A stretch of 64,000 bases of DNA from Mobula hypostoma (Eukaryota). Positions 61,920 through 64,000 of the stretch are shown here, one piece after another. The translations under genes and the position numbers were made by a program. The DNA is taken from the NCBI RefSeq assembly GCF_963921235.1, contig NC_086114.1, forward strand, positions 63,922,001 to 63,986,000. The letters are read 5' to 3'. Position 1 is the first letter of the stretch. Each line of letters starts with the position of its first letter. The notes under the pieces are model-generated. The model was given only the letters and a program-made list of their open reading frames with translations. It did not search any database and was not told the origin of the DNA.

Positions 61920-64000
61920 CTGGCGGGCAAAAAGGAACAACACGTAATTAACAAAATGCACTACATTTCATTACAGAGGAGAGATACAGATGCTGTGCCA
62001 ATCTTGTAACCTACTCTAAGATCAATCCAACCCCTCACTCCACAGAGCCCTCCATTCTACTATCATCCATGTGCCTGTCTAAGAGTATTTTCAATGTCCC
62101 TAATGTTTCTGCCTCTACCACCATCCCTGGCACCCAACACTCTGCACCCACCTATCTCTGACACCTCCCACCTATACGTTCCTCCTCATTATAGCCTCTC
62201 ATATTAGCCATTGCCACCTGGACAAAGTCCTTGGTTGTCCTCTCTATCTGTGCCTCTTATCATCTTGTACACCTCTAACAAGTTATCTCTCATCCTCCTC
62301 CACTCCAAAGAGAAAAGCCTGAGCTCGCTCAACCTATCCTCATGAGTCATGCTGTCTAATCCAGGCAGCATCCTGAGAAATTTGCTCTGCACCCTCTGAG
62401 TGTAAACAGAATGCTGCCAGTTACTTCTCCTCACCTGGGTATTGACATTTGCTGCTTGGCAAGGACCATTCACCATCTGCAAGCCCTTCAGCGACAGAAT
62501 GGCCAACTCTGCCGTCTGATAAGGTCATGGCTGTTTGTTTTCTACAGCACCCCATCCCTGTACTAATTATATCCCTTAATACCAGGGTGTCCCTCGTCCT
62601 CCTGGCAGGGAATTGAAAAGGAACTTTGTGGGGGATGAAACTTCTTTTCATCTCTGTCCAGAATGGCCAACCCCGTGCTTTGTGACTGCTCACTGTTGGT
62701 GTATCACCTGAAACAGTATTTTTTTGGTAGTTCCTCCCCACCACTGCCACCTTTTCCTCTCTCTTTGTCTGCCTCTATCATTTACTTGCCACAGTTTTCC
62801 AGTTCCAATCCCTCCTAGCACTACCTACTTTCCTCAGTCCACCAATCACCTCAGAGTCCTTTCCCACCACTCCCCTTCTCCCCTCTGTGCTGCTCATCTC
62901 CCCTCTCCACTCTCAGTCCTGATCAGGGGTTTCAACCCAAAACACCAACAACTTATTTTTCCCCCCACCAGTAACGCTCGACCCACTGATTTCCACCAGA
63001 AAATTGTGTGTTGCTCATCTTTTATTTAAACTTTCTGTTGACTCTCCACTCCAAGTAGATTGTTAAATGTTTCTCCTATTTATCCACAACTAAAGAAGCT
63101 CATCTTGGTACTACTCCAGTAAATGTCATCAGCAACTTCTCTGAGACATTGGTGATATCGTAGGATGGTATTGTGGCTTGCGTTTATGAACTGTGGACTT
63201 TTTCAGACTTATGGTTTTTATATTCTGTGTTTTTTTTTAAATCACCTGTTCCTTTTCTGTTTTGTTGTGTAAGGGGGCTGTTTGGGGATTGATATTCAGC
63301 TGTGTTCTCAGTTTTTTGTTCCAGGATTGTTGTGTTTTTTTTGGGGTGGGGGGTTGATGTTCCTGTTCTGTTTTGTGTGGAGGGGGTTTTTTGGTGGGTT
63401 GATGATTGGGATGCCGTACTTTTTTGTATGGGGGAGGGTTTGATGTTTCTCTCCGAATGATTTTTGTGTTCTTTCTTTGTTTCGTGGCTATCTGGAGAAT
63501 ACAACATTTCAGAGTTGTATATGGATACACACTTTAATAATAAATGAACCTTTGAACCTTAAAACCTTCCAGAGTTAAACACTGATCCAGCCGGAGATTA
63601 ATGTATAACCTGCATGTTTTGTGTTCCATTAATAAATAGATAGGGCTGTGCATTAACTATCAGGAATGTAGTGTTTTATATATAAACTGTAGCTTTCCCA
63701 TCCCATTTCAGATCTTCAAAAGTTGGCAGCTCAGCCCTGCTGCCTGTCCAGGGTTTCCTTTTAAATTTAAAGCCCTGCCCTGTGGCTTCTCCAGGAAATG
63801 AAGGGATTTTACAACTTACTCAGCAGATAAGATACTACAAATAAAAGAAACAGGAACACAAAGACAGGGTTTAATCCTCACCTACAGAACAGATTTACCA
63901 GTAGGAAGCTAACTCAACAGGTCTCCACTTTAGTTCAGGATAGAGTCAGCACATACAGATGACATTGGAATTGAACTCTGAACTCTAGGACGCTCTGGGC

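Noticed and set aside
63184-63530. Lys/Thr/Asn-rich ORFs
   Set aside because: Antisense reading of a T/G-rich LINE 3' UTR ending in (TGAACCTT)n

Overview
Repeat-dense vertebrate genomic DNA, most likely a cartilaginous fish (shark/ray). That taxon call is inferred from the repeat spectrum: CR1 LINEs, HE1/V-SINE-like SINEs, Rex1, RTE and Penelope. Four genes orthologous to the human 15q26.1 region can be reconstructed. GDPGP1 is intronless (+, 1151-2266). CIB1 has 7 coding exons (+, 22902-34038, 189 aa) and a probable non-coding first exon in a CpG island at about 11640-11759. RCCD1 has 8 coding exons (-, 57933-35555, 434 aa). The last coding exon of UNC45A is at 61919-61647 (-). Almost everything else is transposon-derived, often nested and with readable target-site duplications (TSDs). 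Most notable: (i) a young RNase H-encoding I/Nimb-type LINE fragment with a 13-bp TSD sits 100 bp upstream of the RCCD1 start codon and splits its CpG promoter; (ii) a family of Penelope-derived minimal hammerhead ribozyme motifs, including a 97-bp hammerhead mini-element with a 12-bp TSD inside another Penelope element, plus fold-back derivatives; (iii) a minisatellite born inside an RTE 5' UTR; (iv) GDPGP1 and CIB1 in tandem with separate promoters. No prokaryote-type system (CRISPR etc.) is present. All family assignments come from motif recognition, not database searches.
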